This document shows, piece by piece, positions 35,761 to 49,849 of a stretch of 63,256 nucleotides of DNA. How positions within the stretch are numbered: the stretch's first letter is position 1; each line of letters begins with the position of its first letter. The stretch is from Octopus bimaculoides. Its lineage: Eukaryota. Made by a program: the position numbers and the translations under genes. The stretch is from the NCBI RefSeq assembly GCF_001194135.2, contig NC_068995.1, positions 12,455,609 to 12,518,864 on the forward strand, given 5' to 3'. The notes under the pieces were generated by a model that saw only the letters and a program-made list of their open reading frames with translations, ran no database searches and was not told the origin of the DNA.

Positions 35761-38705
35761 ACTCGGTTAATTCGTCGAACTGAGTTGTATCGATTAGAAA
35801 TATTCTAGTGATCAGGTAAATATATCTGAATATGGCGATGACACTGATGAAATGTCTTTGATAATTTTCATTTCTTTGTTCTTTCTCAATTCGAGAGAAG
35901 AAACTGTAGAACATTGGAAAAAATACCTTGTACTTCATGGCGCCGTTTTAGATTAATTTTTCAAATTTTATACAATGAATATTAATCCGTAAAAAATATA
36001 AGAACAGGAGCCAATGTAATCTGTACCCTAGAATGCAGTACACCATCATGATCATATTCTAATGAACGAAACCATGAAAGAAATAACAGAAAGATTATAC
36101 TCTTTAGGAATGTATGAAAAGTTAAAAACTCTTTCTATCTGATATTAAAAGAAACGCTTCTTTATGTAAATTGCGTAATACATATCTGACTTTATGCTTT
36201 GTGGATTTTTTTTGTTTTGGGGTCTTTTTTTTTTTTTGGCTTGGTATCTGGTGAATACTCTCTAAGGGATTTTAGGGCTCCAATTTCATATTGTATCACA
36301 TTTTTTCATTGTTACCTTCTAAGCTAAAACAGAATTTTGAATCGTGTTTGTTCAGATTATTTTGCGGGAGTGTCACCACTTTTAAAATCCAAAATTACTA
36401 ACAAATTCTATATTAATTATCCTTTTTTTCCCTTTTTTGTTTTTCTTCATCTACTTACATCGCTTTTGAGATTACCGGAGAATATCATCTTTGCTTGAAA
36501 ATGCAAATTAAAGATCCATATTGGCAAAATGCATTTACAAATACTATCTTTGAATTGCATATGAGCCTTTGTAGAAAATTATTGTGAAATTCGCTTGAAG
36601 ATGGAAGTTTGCTTTTTTTATAATGTTTGCTTAAATAAACGTCTGATTTTGATTTTATTACACCTGATTTTTATCTTCATAAATAAAAGATTTCAATCAT
36701 TTCCTCCATTTATCTTTGTTTTTCTTCATTTTCTCTTCTCATCGGAATCAGAAATAATTTCCATAATTTTAGAATTGCCTTCATCTTGTTGCAGTTTACT
36801 GAACCATTTTACCGATTCCCATTTTTTTGTTCATACTTTTGTTTCGTCTAAATGACATGTAGTAGCACCACGGCAATTTTCATTGCATTTTTTTCTTCTT
36901 TTTTTCTCTTTCGTATTCTTCTCTCGGGTGTGCTCAGTTCTTTTCTTCCACTTTTTGGAATTTTTGTATTCATTTTTTTTAAAGCTTCCATTTATCTGTA
37001 TTTTTTTTATTATCATTGATTCCTTCTTCTCCATATTCTTATTACGAAAATATAGCTGCAAAGAACTGCTTTACCCAAGGGATTTTAAAAAAATAAATGT
37101 AAAAGTCTATTGTTCCCAAATCGAAAATCCTTATTCAGATTACGTTGCGTCCAGATGCATTTTCTGTCAAATTGCAGCTGACTGGATACCAGTTTTAACG
37201 GTGCTTAAGTAGGATTCCCTAGTTCAATGGCTTATGTATATGTATATGTGTGTGTGTCTTTGTTTGTTAGCTTGTTTGTGTTTGTGTGCGCTGTGTGTGT
37301 CATATATGTATATANNNNNNNNNNNNNNNNNNNNNNNNNNNNNNNNNNNNNNNTATATATATATATATATATATATCTTACAAAACAAAACAGAGGTAAA
37401 GGAGCAAAAATGTTTAAAAAATGGTAAACGAATGAAAATCCCTAAAATTCTTTAATAACGTTGACTTAGATTCTTTCATTTAATACTTACCATCAGAAGC
37501 ATGTAAGTTTTTTAAACATTTTCGTTGTAATCATCTGGATACAAAACCGATTTTTCTTCGTTCGTTTTTTACTTTCATACATTTCTTGTCTTTTGTTCGC
37601 ATTTTGGTTGTTTTTCTTTTGTTGTTGTTCTTTTCGTTCTTTCTTAACCGAATCTGCACAATCCTCATTTCATTAAAAACACAAAACTAGCCAAAATTGT
37701 TAGATTGTTTCAAAGTTGATAGCCTGCAGATAATGACAAAATGCCGTTTGCTGGCATTTTCTTTGCAATGCTATCAAGCAAAATATTTCCATAACCTGCC
37801 ATTTTGATTTTCCTTGTGCCTGAAGCAAAAGTAATATATTCACATGGAAATTCATTTTATTCCACAAAATGTGGGAGATCGAAAAGTAATTTACAGGAGA
37901 GAAACTAAATGTCTTTAATTTACGAAAATAAATTTCCCTTGCAATTTTAATATCCTGATGGCGGACAAGCGCGTCGATTGAGAGCAGCAATCATTTCGTA
38001 CATCAGCTTACCTTAAAAGATCCCTGTTATATATAGGCAATAATAGTTCCTAAATTAAAAAGCTTACATGAGATAGAAATATTTCATTCTATTCCTTCTA
38101 AAATATTTCAAATTTTCTCCCTTTCTCCCATTATTTTATGTTGCATTACATTTATTTATACGACATGAAATTATCTAAAATTTGTTCCTTTCCTTAAAAG
38201 TTTAAATTTATGTATTTATTATCTAAAACATATACATTATGTACATTATGCCCCACCTTTCCCTTACATAAATATTTTGTTTCTGCACAGTTGTTTATTT
38301 AACAGAATCTATTGAGTTGTAAGTGCCATCATAAATCCGATAAATGTATCTTGATTACGAATTTATCCAATTGCAGTTGTTTTTGTTGTTTGTTCTTGAT
38401 TTATTTTGTTTTTACTTTTTTGTTTGCTTTTTTTATAACATTAACATTTATAACATTTTCATAAAATGTTAAGGAGTAAACCAGAGTTCATATTTTTCCG
38501 AGCCCTTTTGATAATGAAAAATGCTGATAGCTGGTTAAGTCTAAACATGTTAATATACTCTGTATTTGTTCCAGGAAAGGATTGTCTGAAAACAATGCGT
38601 ATCCTTGAATACAAGTAGAGTTTCAGAGAGAAATATGTTACGTGTCACCCCAAACGCATAATCAGGGCTTTGTTTCTCTTAAATTATGTTATGGGTACAG
38701 CGTAA

Positions 38706-38993
38706 CGACCCCCTTTCAGTCAAGAATGACCATGGGATAGCACCTAGGAAGTTCCTCTCCAAAGCACAAGTCCAGGCATGTTTATTTCTTTTTTATTGAA
38801 GACCAACAATCGCCCATGCATACCAGCCTCTCTTCCTCACGCAATCAATGTTAACCAAGGAAAAGGCAAAGGCTGATAAAGCTTGGCACTTGTGATGTCA
38901 CAACTCATTTCTACAATTAAGTGAAGACACAGCCCGGTCATTACCTCATGGTTGTAAGCCTCACACTCTAACCATTGAGTCATGCGCCTTCAG
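38706..38993 (-). mobile_element. tRNA-derived SINE, family E, internally deleted
   Basis: Minus strand GAAGGCGCATGACTCAATGGTTAGAGTGTGAGGCTTACAACC...GAAATGAGTTGTGACATCACAAGTGCCAAGC...GGTATGCATGGGCGA...CCCATGGTCATTCTTGACTGAAAGGGGGTC. Confidence 0.75.
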
Positions 38994-39113
38994 AAATTAT
39001 GTTATATGATTCAAAATTAAACTAATTTATATTTCTTCGTGTGCTGATGTTCTCCATCTAACTATTAACTCGCAATGAAGATTTAAAGTCACACATTATG
39101 TAAAGTAAAATCG

Positions 39114-39360
39114 CTATGTTCTGCGGATTTGCTTTAGCGAAATCCACTATGTTGTGCGGATTTGCTTTAGCGAAATCCATTATGTAGTACGGATTTGCTT
39201 TTACGAAATCCATTATGTTGTAGGGATTTGCTTTACCGAAATCCACTATGTTGTACACATTTGCTTTAGCGAAATCCATTATGTTGCAAGGATTTGCTTT
39301 CGCGAAATCCACTATGTTGTACGGATTTGTTTTAGCGAAATCCGCACGGATTTAGTTTAG
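39114..39360. repeat. 33-bp minisatellite, about 7 units, each containing a hairpin
   Basis: Units start at 39124, 39157, 39190, 39223, 39256, 39289 and 39322. Consensus CGGATTTGCTTTAGCGAAATCCAYTATGTTGTA, with internal inverted repeat GGATTT/AAATCC. Confidence 0.97.
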
Positions 39361-39529
39361 ATCTATGGTGTGAGTATGAAGTTTTGATTTCTTATCAACG
39401 GTTTTGGCAGTCATGATCTGATTGTGAGGTATTTCATTAAGGCGCAAATCTGTGAGGTCGGTTAACAATTTCTCATTTGTAAATCTTACGCATATTCTTC
39501 AAATTTGTTTAATTGTTTCAACTTTAAAT

Positions 39530-39720
39530 CTGTGGTCATGCTGGGGCACTATCGAAAACTGTGTGTTATTAGACAGTGGCCATGCTGGGACATCGCCTTG
39601 AGAGGGTGCAGTCGAACAAATCTGCCTCAGTACATATTTCGTTTTATATCTGGTACTTATTTAATCGATCTGATTTGGCACAAGGACGTAAACAAACTCA
39701 AAATCACAAACACGCAAACA
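39530..39720 (-). mobile_element. Diverged SINE family A 3' fragment(s)
   Basis: GTGGTCATGCTGGGGCAC and GTGGCCATGCTGGGACATCGCCTTGA...GGTACTTATTTAATCG...GGACGTAAAC. Confidence 0.65.
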
Positions 39721-40062
39721 CACATACACATAATCACATACATACTGCTATGTCTCAAGGCTACTGCTATCTAGCACCTTCGGATGATCTCTACTCAACC
39801 GCTACACAACTGCTACTAGACTGCTACTCATCACTCCTACCACGGCCAGACTACCTCTAGATCATAGTTCTTCGCCTGGGGGCGTCGACATAACACATAC
39901 TTGTATACTTGCATACATACATACATACATACATACATACATACATACATACATACATACATACATGCACATACAGACACATATATGTATTGTAGCCGTA
40001 CGTGAACTGTTCGCGATTTTTCTCCTTCCTTCTCTCCCTTTAGACTTTCCTGTTCTTTCGTC

Positions 40063-40095
40063 TTTCTGACGAAGAGCAATGTACGAAACGTAAAA
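40063..40095 (+). ncRNA. Degenerate minimal hammerhead-like motif, family H4
   Basis: TTT-CTGACGA-A-GAGC-AAT-GTAC-GAAA-CG-TA-AAA. Intact core, ACGT stem III and GUA triplet, but stem II is mismatched and stem I is only 3 bp. Confidence 0.4.
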
Positions 40096-40489
40096 CAACA
40101 ACTGTCTTCATTCTCTAAACGTCATATTAATACATTGCTTGCGTTACGTTCTCAAGTTTGTTTTTTCTTTACCTTTTTCTTTTTTCACTGCAGGGTGTCT
40201 ACAGGTTTTCCAATAACTAAACTCACTCGCGAAGCATTAGTCGAACCGGAGATATATTAGGCACCGCACATTGGAACTAAACCAGAAGCTATGTCGTTTC
40301 AAAATGGAGTTTGTTAACCACAAAGCCATGCGTAACATATTTTTGCCAATAAGTTTTCGAGGCTAACTTCATCATATAAGTAGTGAATAAAATAACCAAG
40401 CAAATGACATCCGGTTTTGAATTAGAAAGTGTGGCTGCCTGGAAATCAACAGACGCGAATTCAAATATTCGGTCTTCAGTGACAAACAC

Positions 40490-41305
40490 GGTCACGGTTG
40501 TGTAGATTGCTTTTCAGGTATGTGGATTGGGTTCAATCTCACTGCGCGGCACATTGGACCAACATCTTTTACTACAGTACTTGGAAGGCCAATGCTTTCC
40601 TAGTGAATTTGTCGACGGAAGCGTTGCGGAAGACTGTCATGAATGTGTGTGTGTGTGTATGTTTGTTTGTGACTACCACGTGAGTAGAGGCACAATGGCT
40701 CAGTGGTTAGGGAAGCGGACTCGCGGTCATAGGATCGCGGTTTCGATTCCCAGACCGGGCGTTGTGAGTGTTTATTGAGCGAAATCACCTAAAGCCCCAC
40801 GAGGCTCCAGCAGGGGATGGTGGCGAACCCTGCTGTATTCTTTCAACACAACTTTCTCTCAATCTTATTTCCTGTTTCTGTTGTGCCTGTAATTCAAAGG
40901 GTCAGCCTTGTCACACTCTGTTTTGCGCTGAATATCCCCGAGAACTACGTTAAGGGTACATGTGTCTGTGGAGTGCTCAGCCACTTGCACGTTAATTTCA
41001 CGAGCAGGCTGTTCCATTGATCGGATCAACTGGAACCTTCGACGTCGTAAGCGACAGAGTACCAACTAGAGACTACCACGTGAGTATGTGGCTATGATTG
41101 TCATCCCGTTCCCCGCCACTGCTTCACAGCTACTGTTGGTTTGTTTACGTTTCCGTAATTTGGTGTGACTTCAAAAGATACCGATTGAAAAAATACCAGA
41201 TTTAAAAAGAAATAAGTATTGGTGGTGATTTGTTCGACTAAAACCCTTCAAGGCGATGCTCCAGCATGACCGCAGTCAATTACTGGTAAGCAAGCACAAG
41301 ATAAA
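40490..41305 (+). mobile_element. Old SINE family A copy split by a family B insertion (halves about 40490-40670 and 41087-41305)
   Basis: 5' half GGGTTCAATCTCACTGCGCGGCAC...GTCGACGGAAG + TG tract; 3' half GTTTACGTTTCCGTAA...TTCAAGGCGATGCTCCAGCATGACCGCAGTCAA. Confidence 0.8.
40687..41070 (+). mobile_element. SINE family B, full length with perfect 16-bp TSD, nested in a family A copy
   Basis: TSD GACTACCACGTGAGTA at 40671-40686 and 41071-41086; high identity to 35009-35391. Confidence 0.97.
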
Positions 41306-43597
41306 AAATTTCAATGCATTTTTTTTATATTAGATCGTCATTCGGTGGACTACTTTCATATATAACGCGTTTCGTTTAGTCGAATTTGCTGTATACAGCA
41401 AGAGAAGAGCGGTTAAGAACGATGCGATGTACAGAATAAGACGAGAATACGATCAGAAATATATACATCTTTTAACGATAGAAAAACGTGAGTAGAAAAT
41501 GGATACACGTAAGACGAGGTTAATAAACCCAAAGAAAGCGAAATATTTCTAGCAGTACACACAGCAAAAAAGAAATATGGATATTCGGTTTTGCTTTAGT
41601 GTTTTTTCTCCAATACTAAACTTATATATTCATCAAGAATTATCTCAAACCATAACTTTTTACTTATTTTTTTTTTATCTACATCATAAAAATGTCGCCT
41701 TCATGAATGAAGAAAGAACACAAAAAGAAAAAAAAATTATATTGTTTTGCGTTGATTTTTTTTCTTTTTATTCCCTTTCAGTAGTAAATTTGATGTTTCA
41801 CACACACAAAGCAATACACAGCCGCACACGCACGCGCGCGCACACACACACACACACACATGAACGCACGCATGCACGTACTTGTATATGCGTATAAAAG
41901 CATATACATACATGCAAATATATATACATACCGATATATATGTACATATATCGTTTACGATATATATATACAAATATATGCATATATATATACATATGCG
42001 CATATCTATATACATACNNNNNNNNNNGTATATATAGATATATATACAAGTATGCATATATATATACATATACATGTACATATATAGATTTATATGTATA
42101 TATAGATATATATACAAGTATGCATATATATATACATATGCGCATATCTATATACATACGTACGTCCATGCTGCGTACATACATACATACATATATACAT
42201 CCCTACCTATCTACACACATACATAGAGACACCAACTCTCTCCCAATATTCTAATAATAATACTGTTACATGATTTATCGAAATTGTAAAATCTTTGAAG
42301 CATGTGATTTATACGATAGCAAATAATTTTCAAATTACTTGAACAGAAGCTAAAATATTGAAATATTTGGAATTAAAAGTAAGAATATCAATAAACTTAT
42401 TGCATTTTCTACACAGAAAATATTAGAAAGTAATAAATTGTATTTATAATGTAAACACGAATAATCATTTAGTTATAATGTTAACAAAAATAACCGCAGT
42501 CTTGGCGAACTAATAAATTTTAGTTATAATGTTAACAAGATTAAATAGCGGGTTCTCGCTCTCTCTCACTCTTTCTCTCTCTCCCTCTCTCTTCTAATAA
42601 CAGTTAGAATTATATGTGATACACATGGATTGTATAAGATAGATGTTTAGTTTTGTATAAATGTATTTATGCACATGTCTGTATGTATGATATACTGTGC
42701 ATATAGTTACAGCTTACAGTATTGTATTCGAGAGAAATACGATGTCTTGTAAAAGTATTGTTGCCGTTAGAAATTTTTGATGTCTGATGTGATACATGTA
42801 CATATAAGTATATACATGTTTGTGCCTGCCTGTGTTTGTGTGTATATGTGTGTGTGTGTATGTGTGTGTGTGTGCGTGTGTGAGAGAGACAGAGTGTATA
42901 TATATATGGTCGTTTGCATGTACGTATATACACTGCGTCCGATATAAAACAATGTATGATAAAAAAGAAACATTGTTTATTACATACATAAGGATAGAGT
43001 TATATACTATGTATATTAATATGTGTCTGTGTGTATGAATATGTACATACACATATATATGTATATATATATATATATGCTATGTATATGTGCATACGTG
43101 TATGTGTGTGTGTGTCTGTGTCTGTATCTCTGTGCGTCTGTGTTTGTGTGTGTCTGTGTATGTTTGTGTGTGTATGAGTTGTGTGTGTTTATAAATCGAT
43201 ATTGAATCGAATAAAAAGTACTCAACACGTTGTATATTTAATATTGTATTATTTTATTTTCTTTCTTTCTTTATTATTTTTTTTTTTTTATATTTTGTTT
43301 CTTAATAAGGCAATACCTAATTAGTTTCAATAAGTTATAACTATATGTACTCAAAGGCAAGATAATTTGCCTTTGAAAAAATACAGGAACATATTGTTCT
43401 AATGCGAGGCATAACAACAAGAAGACCAGCAATAATAACAATAATAATAATAATAATAATAATGATAATAAAAATAATAACAATAATAATATTAATCATG
43501 ATTTGATGATGATGATGCCGATGATGATGATGATGACGACGACGATAATGATGATAACAACAACAACAATGATAATAATAATAACAATATTATAATA

Positions 43598-43628
<31 letters not shown>

Positions 43629-43774
43629 TGTAAGTGTATGTGTGTGTGAGAGTGTGTTTGTGTGTGAGTGTGTGTGGGGGGGGGGTGAAACATATAAACG
43701 GCAGAATAAAATCGACGCCATTGTGATCAGAATTTTCATTTGTCTTACACAAATAATGGCTGAATGTCTGTGCT

Positions 43775-43813
<39 letters not shown>

Positions 43814-44199
43814 CCGTGTGTGTATGTGCGTGTGAGTGTACATGTACATATACATATTTATATACACACTCGCACATATATATACATACATAAACAAACA
43901 CAAATGACGTATATGTTATGAGCATTATGTACATAACATTAAGATATGCCGTTCGTTTAAACATGGCGGTGCATTGTTTAAATATTGCACGTGATATAAA
44001 CTTTTGAAGTTTTGTGATACATACGAGCTTGTGCTGGAAGCTTCCTGACTTTCTGTAAAAGGATAAATCCAGGAGGATCTGTTAATTATGATTTTATTCA
44101 ACATATTCCCCTCCCAGATTCACATACTTATTGCAGCGGTCCTTATGTTTTCGCGATACCCTTAAAGCCAGGAGCTCTCTGCCTCCGCTCGTATAGCTT

Positions 44200-44587
44200 G
44201 TGGTTGTTGGCCCTCCGTCGCTTACGACGTCGAGGGTTCCAGTTGATCCGATCAACGGAACAGCCTGCTCGTGAAATTAACGTGCAAGTAGCTGAGCATT
44301 CCACAGACACATGTACCCTTGACGTAGTTCTCGGGGATATTCAGCGTGACACAGAGTGTGACAAGGCTGACCTTTTGAAATACAGGTACAACAGAAACAG
44401 GAAGAAAGAGTGAGAGAAAGTTGTGGTGAAAGAGTACAGCAGGGTTCGCCACCATCCCCTGCCGGAGCCTCGTGGAGCTTTAAGTGTTTTCCCTCAATAA
44501 ACACTCACAACGCCCGGTCTGGGAATCGAAACCGCGATCCTATGACCGCGAGTGCGCTGCCCTAACCACTGGTCCATTGCACCTCCA
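44200..44587 (-). mobile_element. SINE family B, full length with 12-bp TSD
   Basis: TSD CTCGTATAGCTT at 44188-44199 and 44588-44599; reverse complement of the 35009 copy. Confidence 0.97.
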
Positions 44588-45399
44588 CTCGTATAGCTTA
44601 TACGTAAAAGAAACATTTTATGGAGAATACAAATATCTCTCTGTGATATACACGCTGTATGTGATAGAAATATTGCTTGTGTTATAAAATGTGTTCGTTA
44701 TGAATGATAGAAGCGCTATTAGTTCAAAATAGCAATCTGCACATAATATGAAAAGCAGATACATCATCGAAAACCTTATTAACTGCGGTATTCGTCTTGA
44801 GAGGAATACTGCAATTTACCAGACTTTTAATAATGTACATGCTTTAAGTATAGTACAGAGGTTGCTGTTTTGAACTAATATTGCTGCTATCGCACATGAA
44901 GAATTTTAGTTGAATCTACTGGCTGATTGTGACACTAGTGGGCATTCAGTCAAAGCTTTATTAAACCAGAAACATTTGATTTTGTGTTAACATAAAGTAG
45001 CTAGTGAATACGTGACACAGATGAAGCTTAAAGAAAGAGAAATACGTATATATTAATGCCACGTCTGCTGTTGAGCGATTTTCGGCAACTTCTGATGTAC
45101 TTTTCTAATTCTTAACACTATACGTTTATAAGGATTGCTATCTCAAAAGGAAACCGCTGTTTAGTAGACTTTCTGCTTTAAGTATGATACACAAATTGTT
45201 ATAAAATTAATGTTTATTTTATAAATATTATGTCAGCGATAAAAATATTTTGTAAACATTGTGTGAAAGATATATAGCGTCTAGTAAAATTAGTACGATA
45301 ATAACATTGTATATAATATAAAGCCTATGTGTATGATATAAGAATAATGTGTGTTACCGTCTGTGAGTCTGTCATATTATCAATATATAATACGATTAT

Positions 45400-45444
<45 letters not shown>

Positions 45445-47182
45445 GTGAGATAAACAATGCTGTTGCTTAATATAAATTGTGAAGGTATATATTAGTGAGT
45501 GTCTGTCGGTGTATTATTTGTGTATATGAGTGTGTGTTCTTTATGCATTAAGGAATGTTTGCTTACATGCGTTTGTGTGAAACAAATTGCGGGGTAAAAA
45601 ATATTACCATTGTAATCATGGATTTTTATTTATGTGTTTCAGAAATATTGTCTCTTTATGTGTGCATACTAGACACACAGACATACATATATGTGTGTAT
45701 GTATATATATGTATATTATACGCATATATACATGTTTACATGCATATGCATAAATGTATGTATATATTTGTATGTTTATATATATAAGCATATATATATT
45801 TATACTACATATAAATATATATTTATATAAATAGATTTATATAAATAGATTTCTGTGTACAAACATATATGAGTGTGTGTGTGTATGTATGTATTTATGT
45901 ATATATCTATGTTTGTATGAATATATGTTTGTATAAAATTAGAAGCTCCGAGGTGAGCCACTAGCACTCAGCTTAAAGTGCAGTGCATCTTGTAGCAGAA
46001 ACAGGTGCAAGCTAATTAAATTCGGAAACATTCAAACTGCAACCGCTTCATACAGGGCCGGCACTGTCTGCATCGAATGTCGAAAATAAGAACAATTCTT
46101 GTTGAGTTGATATGGAAATAGTAAGGGAGGTAAACACAGTTAGGTTTGAGACACATAGATTACAAAAATAAGGATTACAGATTAACAAAATCAAAAGAAT
46201 ACAAGAATATTGTAAATCCTATATCGACAGCAGTTTCAAAAAGATTATAACGTAGCAACATATTCATATATGTGCATGATGTAATAAATTTGTAATTTCC
46301 GAAAAGTCCCGATAAAATTGGTAAAGTAAGTTAGACGTGCCTTCTCCACATATAAGGTACGCCAAACTTACCATAGTAATTTCCTGAACATGTTGTAGAA
46401 CATACAGCTATGATATCATGGGTATACTACATATAAATATGGTTATTGAGAAGGCAATGACAATTTTGAAACAGCTGTTGCGCAAAGACATTACATAACT
46501 CTACTATTATTTTGTTATCTTTTTTATTTATTCCGTAATCATTCTTTTAGTGCTCCATGTAAATATACAAGCGTATGTGTGTGTAGGTACGTATGTACGT
46601 GTGTATGTATGAAAATACATGCACGTATGAGTATATGTATATATAAACACATACATATATATACATATATATACATACATATATATGCATATATATGTGT
46701 GTGTATTTATATCTATATATTCGCTGTGTCTGTGTGTGTATGTGTTTGTGCGTGTGTGTTGGATAGCTGTCTTTAGATAATGATGATTCCTTTATCCAAA
46801 CAACTGAATTATCCCCTCCTTAATTAATAGGCATGAGGCTGTGTATTCCACAGATACGTGTAGTGTTAATCAGCGCGATATATTGTATGGCAAACACATC
46901 ATTTGCGGTTGAGTCTACTTAAATCATAATAGTCTTTAGACACCCAGGGATGTGGTCGACAGTGAACAGTTACAGTAGACTTACCGTGGTAGTCTCTAGA
47001 CACCCAAGACTGTAGTCTGGAGGGAATAGATACGGACGTCTTACCCCTTAGATAGCTCCTTACATTATTTCAGTTGGGAAAGAGCTGGGATTGTACTCAA
47101 CTATTGATACTTGCGATAAATTTACCTTTCGTTTTCCACTATCTCCGCCGCGACAGAATTCGTACCAGTATGAGAAAGTTGC

Positions 47183-47352
47183 TTCCAGTAAAGGCAGATG
47201 TGACTGTGTAGTAAGAAGCTTGCCTCCCAACCACAAGGTTCTCGATTCAGTCCCACTGCGTAGCTCCTTGGGCAAGCGACGTCTACTATAGCCTCGGGCC
47301 TATGAAAGCCTTGTCAGTGAATTTGGTAGACGGAAACTGAAAGAAGCCCATC

Positions 47353-47388
<36 letters not shown>

Positions 47389-47664
47389 GATGTGTGTGTA
47401 TGTGTGTGTGTGTGTTTGTATTATATATTTATGTATGTATGTGCCTGTCTGCCTCTATTTAACCCCGATCCCCGCTTGACAACCGGTGTTGGTATGTTTA
47501 CGTCCCTGTAACCTCCCAGTTCGGTAAAAAAGACCGATAGAATAGGTACTAGAGTTTAAAAGATAAGTCCTGGTGTTGGTTTACTTTTGCTAAAATCCTT
47601 CAGTTCGGTGCTCCAGCATGGCCACAATCAAATGACTGAGACAAATAAAAGAATAAATGAATAG
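47183..47664 (+). mobile_element. SINE family A, full length, with internal (TA)n/(TG)n
   Basis: Head GTGACTGTGTAGTAAGAAGCTTGCCTCCCAACCAC...TTCAGTCCCACTGCG, middle GGTAGACGGAAACTGAAAGAAGCCC, tail GTGCTCCAGCATGGCCACAATCAAATGACTGAGACAAATAAAAGAATA. Confidence 0.92.
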
Positions 47665-49316
47665 CATGAATCTATGTCATTGGACATACTCCACGTCAGT
47701 TTCATGAGCCATATACTTCTGTGCTGGATTTCGGGTATGTTGGGAGAGGGCATTAATTTTGGAGTTTTCCTTCTCCCATGTTGGTTTCTTTCACCGCAGC
47801 CAAGAAGCTCGATCTATCCTTTAAAAAATTCATGCAATACTTAGGTGGGACTCTGACAGATATTCCTATTCCTAGTGGGAATGAACCTGCGAGCAATAGT
47901 AATTAATGAGTGACTCCACACTCTACACACCCCTCCCGCCTATAACTCTAGAACTCACGAACTGGGACCTCACCACCCGACACAGTTTAATGTCCTACCC
48001 AGGGCTACCCTTGCATAAAGCTATCTTCTTACTTTACTTTAGACTCAAGACAACTTGGGCTTTACTCCAATGTGAATACATACGACAGACATGTCTCTAG
48101 ATTATCTCGTTTTCATTATTTTATCTTCCAGAGAGGTGGGGGTTGAGCATCACAGAGAATATGTACGACATATTTGTCTCGCAAATGCGTTTAAAATTCC
48201 CAAATCATTATGGTTGCGAGACAGACAGAATTAGGTTCCATATAGAATATATTAGAATGGATTCTTACCCAGGAAATGTTTCATGACTCCAAAACTTGTC
48301 ATTAGTTTTGAGACAGCCAGTGGTGGTTGAGGGAGTTGATCTGTTGGCATGATTTTGTTTCCGTCTTGCCGCACCCCAGACAAATTTGATAAAAGAAAAT
48401 ACAAAGTTTTCGGTTGTGCACCGACAACCTAATTGGTTATGAGAGTTTAACTACCCAGCATTATTTATTTCTAATTTTTTTTTTTTTCAATGATTGATAT
48501 TTATAATAAAAACTTGGGCGGGAGAATAACGAGGTTAAGAACACTGAGGTAGGAGTGAGAGAATGGGATGTGGAGAGGGTATAAAAATACTTATCGCTTC
48601 TGACATAAGTAAATCAACGGCTGAAAGCAAACACTAAGCGTAGCGGGTGGAGGAGTTAAATAGCTTCTAGCATTAACGATGGCGGTGAAGTTGATGATGA
48701 TGATGATGATGATGAGGAGGNNNNNNNNNNNNNNNNNNNNNNNNNNNNNNNNNNNNNNNNNNNNNNNNNNNNNNNNNNNNNNNNNNNNNNNNNNNNNNNN
48801 NNNNNNNNNNNNNNNNNNNNNNNNNNNNNNNNNNNNNNNNNNNNNNNNNNNNNNNNNNNNNNNNNNNNNNNNNNNNNNNNNNNNNNNNNNNNNNNNNNNN
48901 NNNNNNNNNNNNNNNNNNNNNNNNNNNNNNNNNNNNNNNNNNNNNNNNNNNNNNNNNNNNNNNNNNNNNNNNNNNNNNNNNNNNNNNNNNNNNNNNNNNN
49001 NNNNNNNNNNNNNNNNNNNNNNNNNNNNNNNNNNNNNNNNGACGATGATGATCATCATCATCATCATCATGACTGCGACGAGAAGGACGATGTCGATGAT
49101 GATGGTTTTGATGATGATGGCTGTGATGGTGGTGGTGGTGGTGGTTGTGTTGGCAGTGGTGATGAGGATGCGGCCGTGATGGTTGGTGGTGGACAGCAGG
49201 AGCGAAGGAGACAGAAAGCGATACGGTTCGTTAATTTAACGAATGTCAACTTTAATATTCCGTGCTGCAGATACGAATACTGATAAAGGGAACAGGGGGA
49301 AAAAGATTATCCTCTG

Positions 49317-49365
<49 letters not shown>

Positions 49366-49803
49366 GTGTGTGTATGAATGTCTGAGAGTATATATATATT
49401 TATGTACTTATATGTGCGTACGTGTGACAGATAGATAGATAGATAGATAGATCGAGAGAGAGAGAGAGAGAGAGAGTGAGAGAAAGAGAGATAGAGTGGG
49501 AGAATGAGGGAGAGAGTGGGAGAAAGAGAGAGAGAGAGAGAGAGGTGTGGATGCAGCGTGTCTATGCGTCTGCGTGAGTATGTTTCCGTACGGATATGGA
49601 TTTTGATATATACATATATATATATATATAATTCTAAGTAAGTATGTACGTATGCACATCTGTGTGTACGTGCAGATATGTGTCTCTGCGTGTGTATGTG
49701 TATAATTGCATACCTGTAGCTGTGTGTGTATGCTTGGATATATGTATACATATGTGTGTGTGAGAGACACAAAGTTAGTGTGCGTCTATGTACATACATC
49801 ACC

Positions 49804-49849
<46 letters not shown>

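Noticed and set aside
39114-39360. CRISPR-like array (palindromic repeats at regular spacing)
   Set aside because: The 12-nt linkers are near-identical rather than unique spacers, the context is eukaryotic, and there are no cas genes.
46372-46407. Minus-strand 36-nt segment xVCSTTCSGNYY(G) resembling an EGF/laminin repeat end, with a good gtaagt donor
   Set aside because: The acceptor is weak, the segment is very short, and no partner exon was found.
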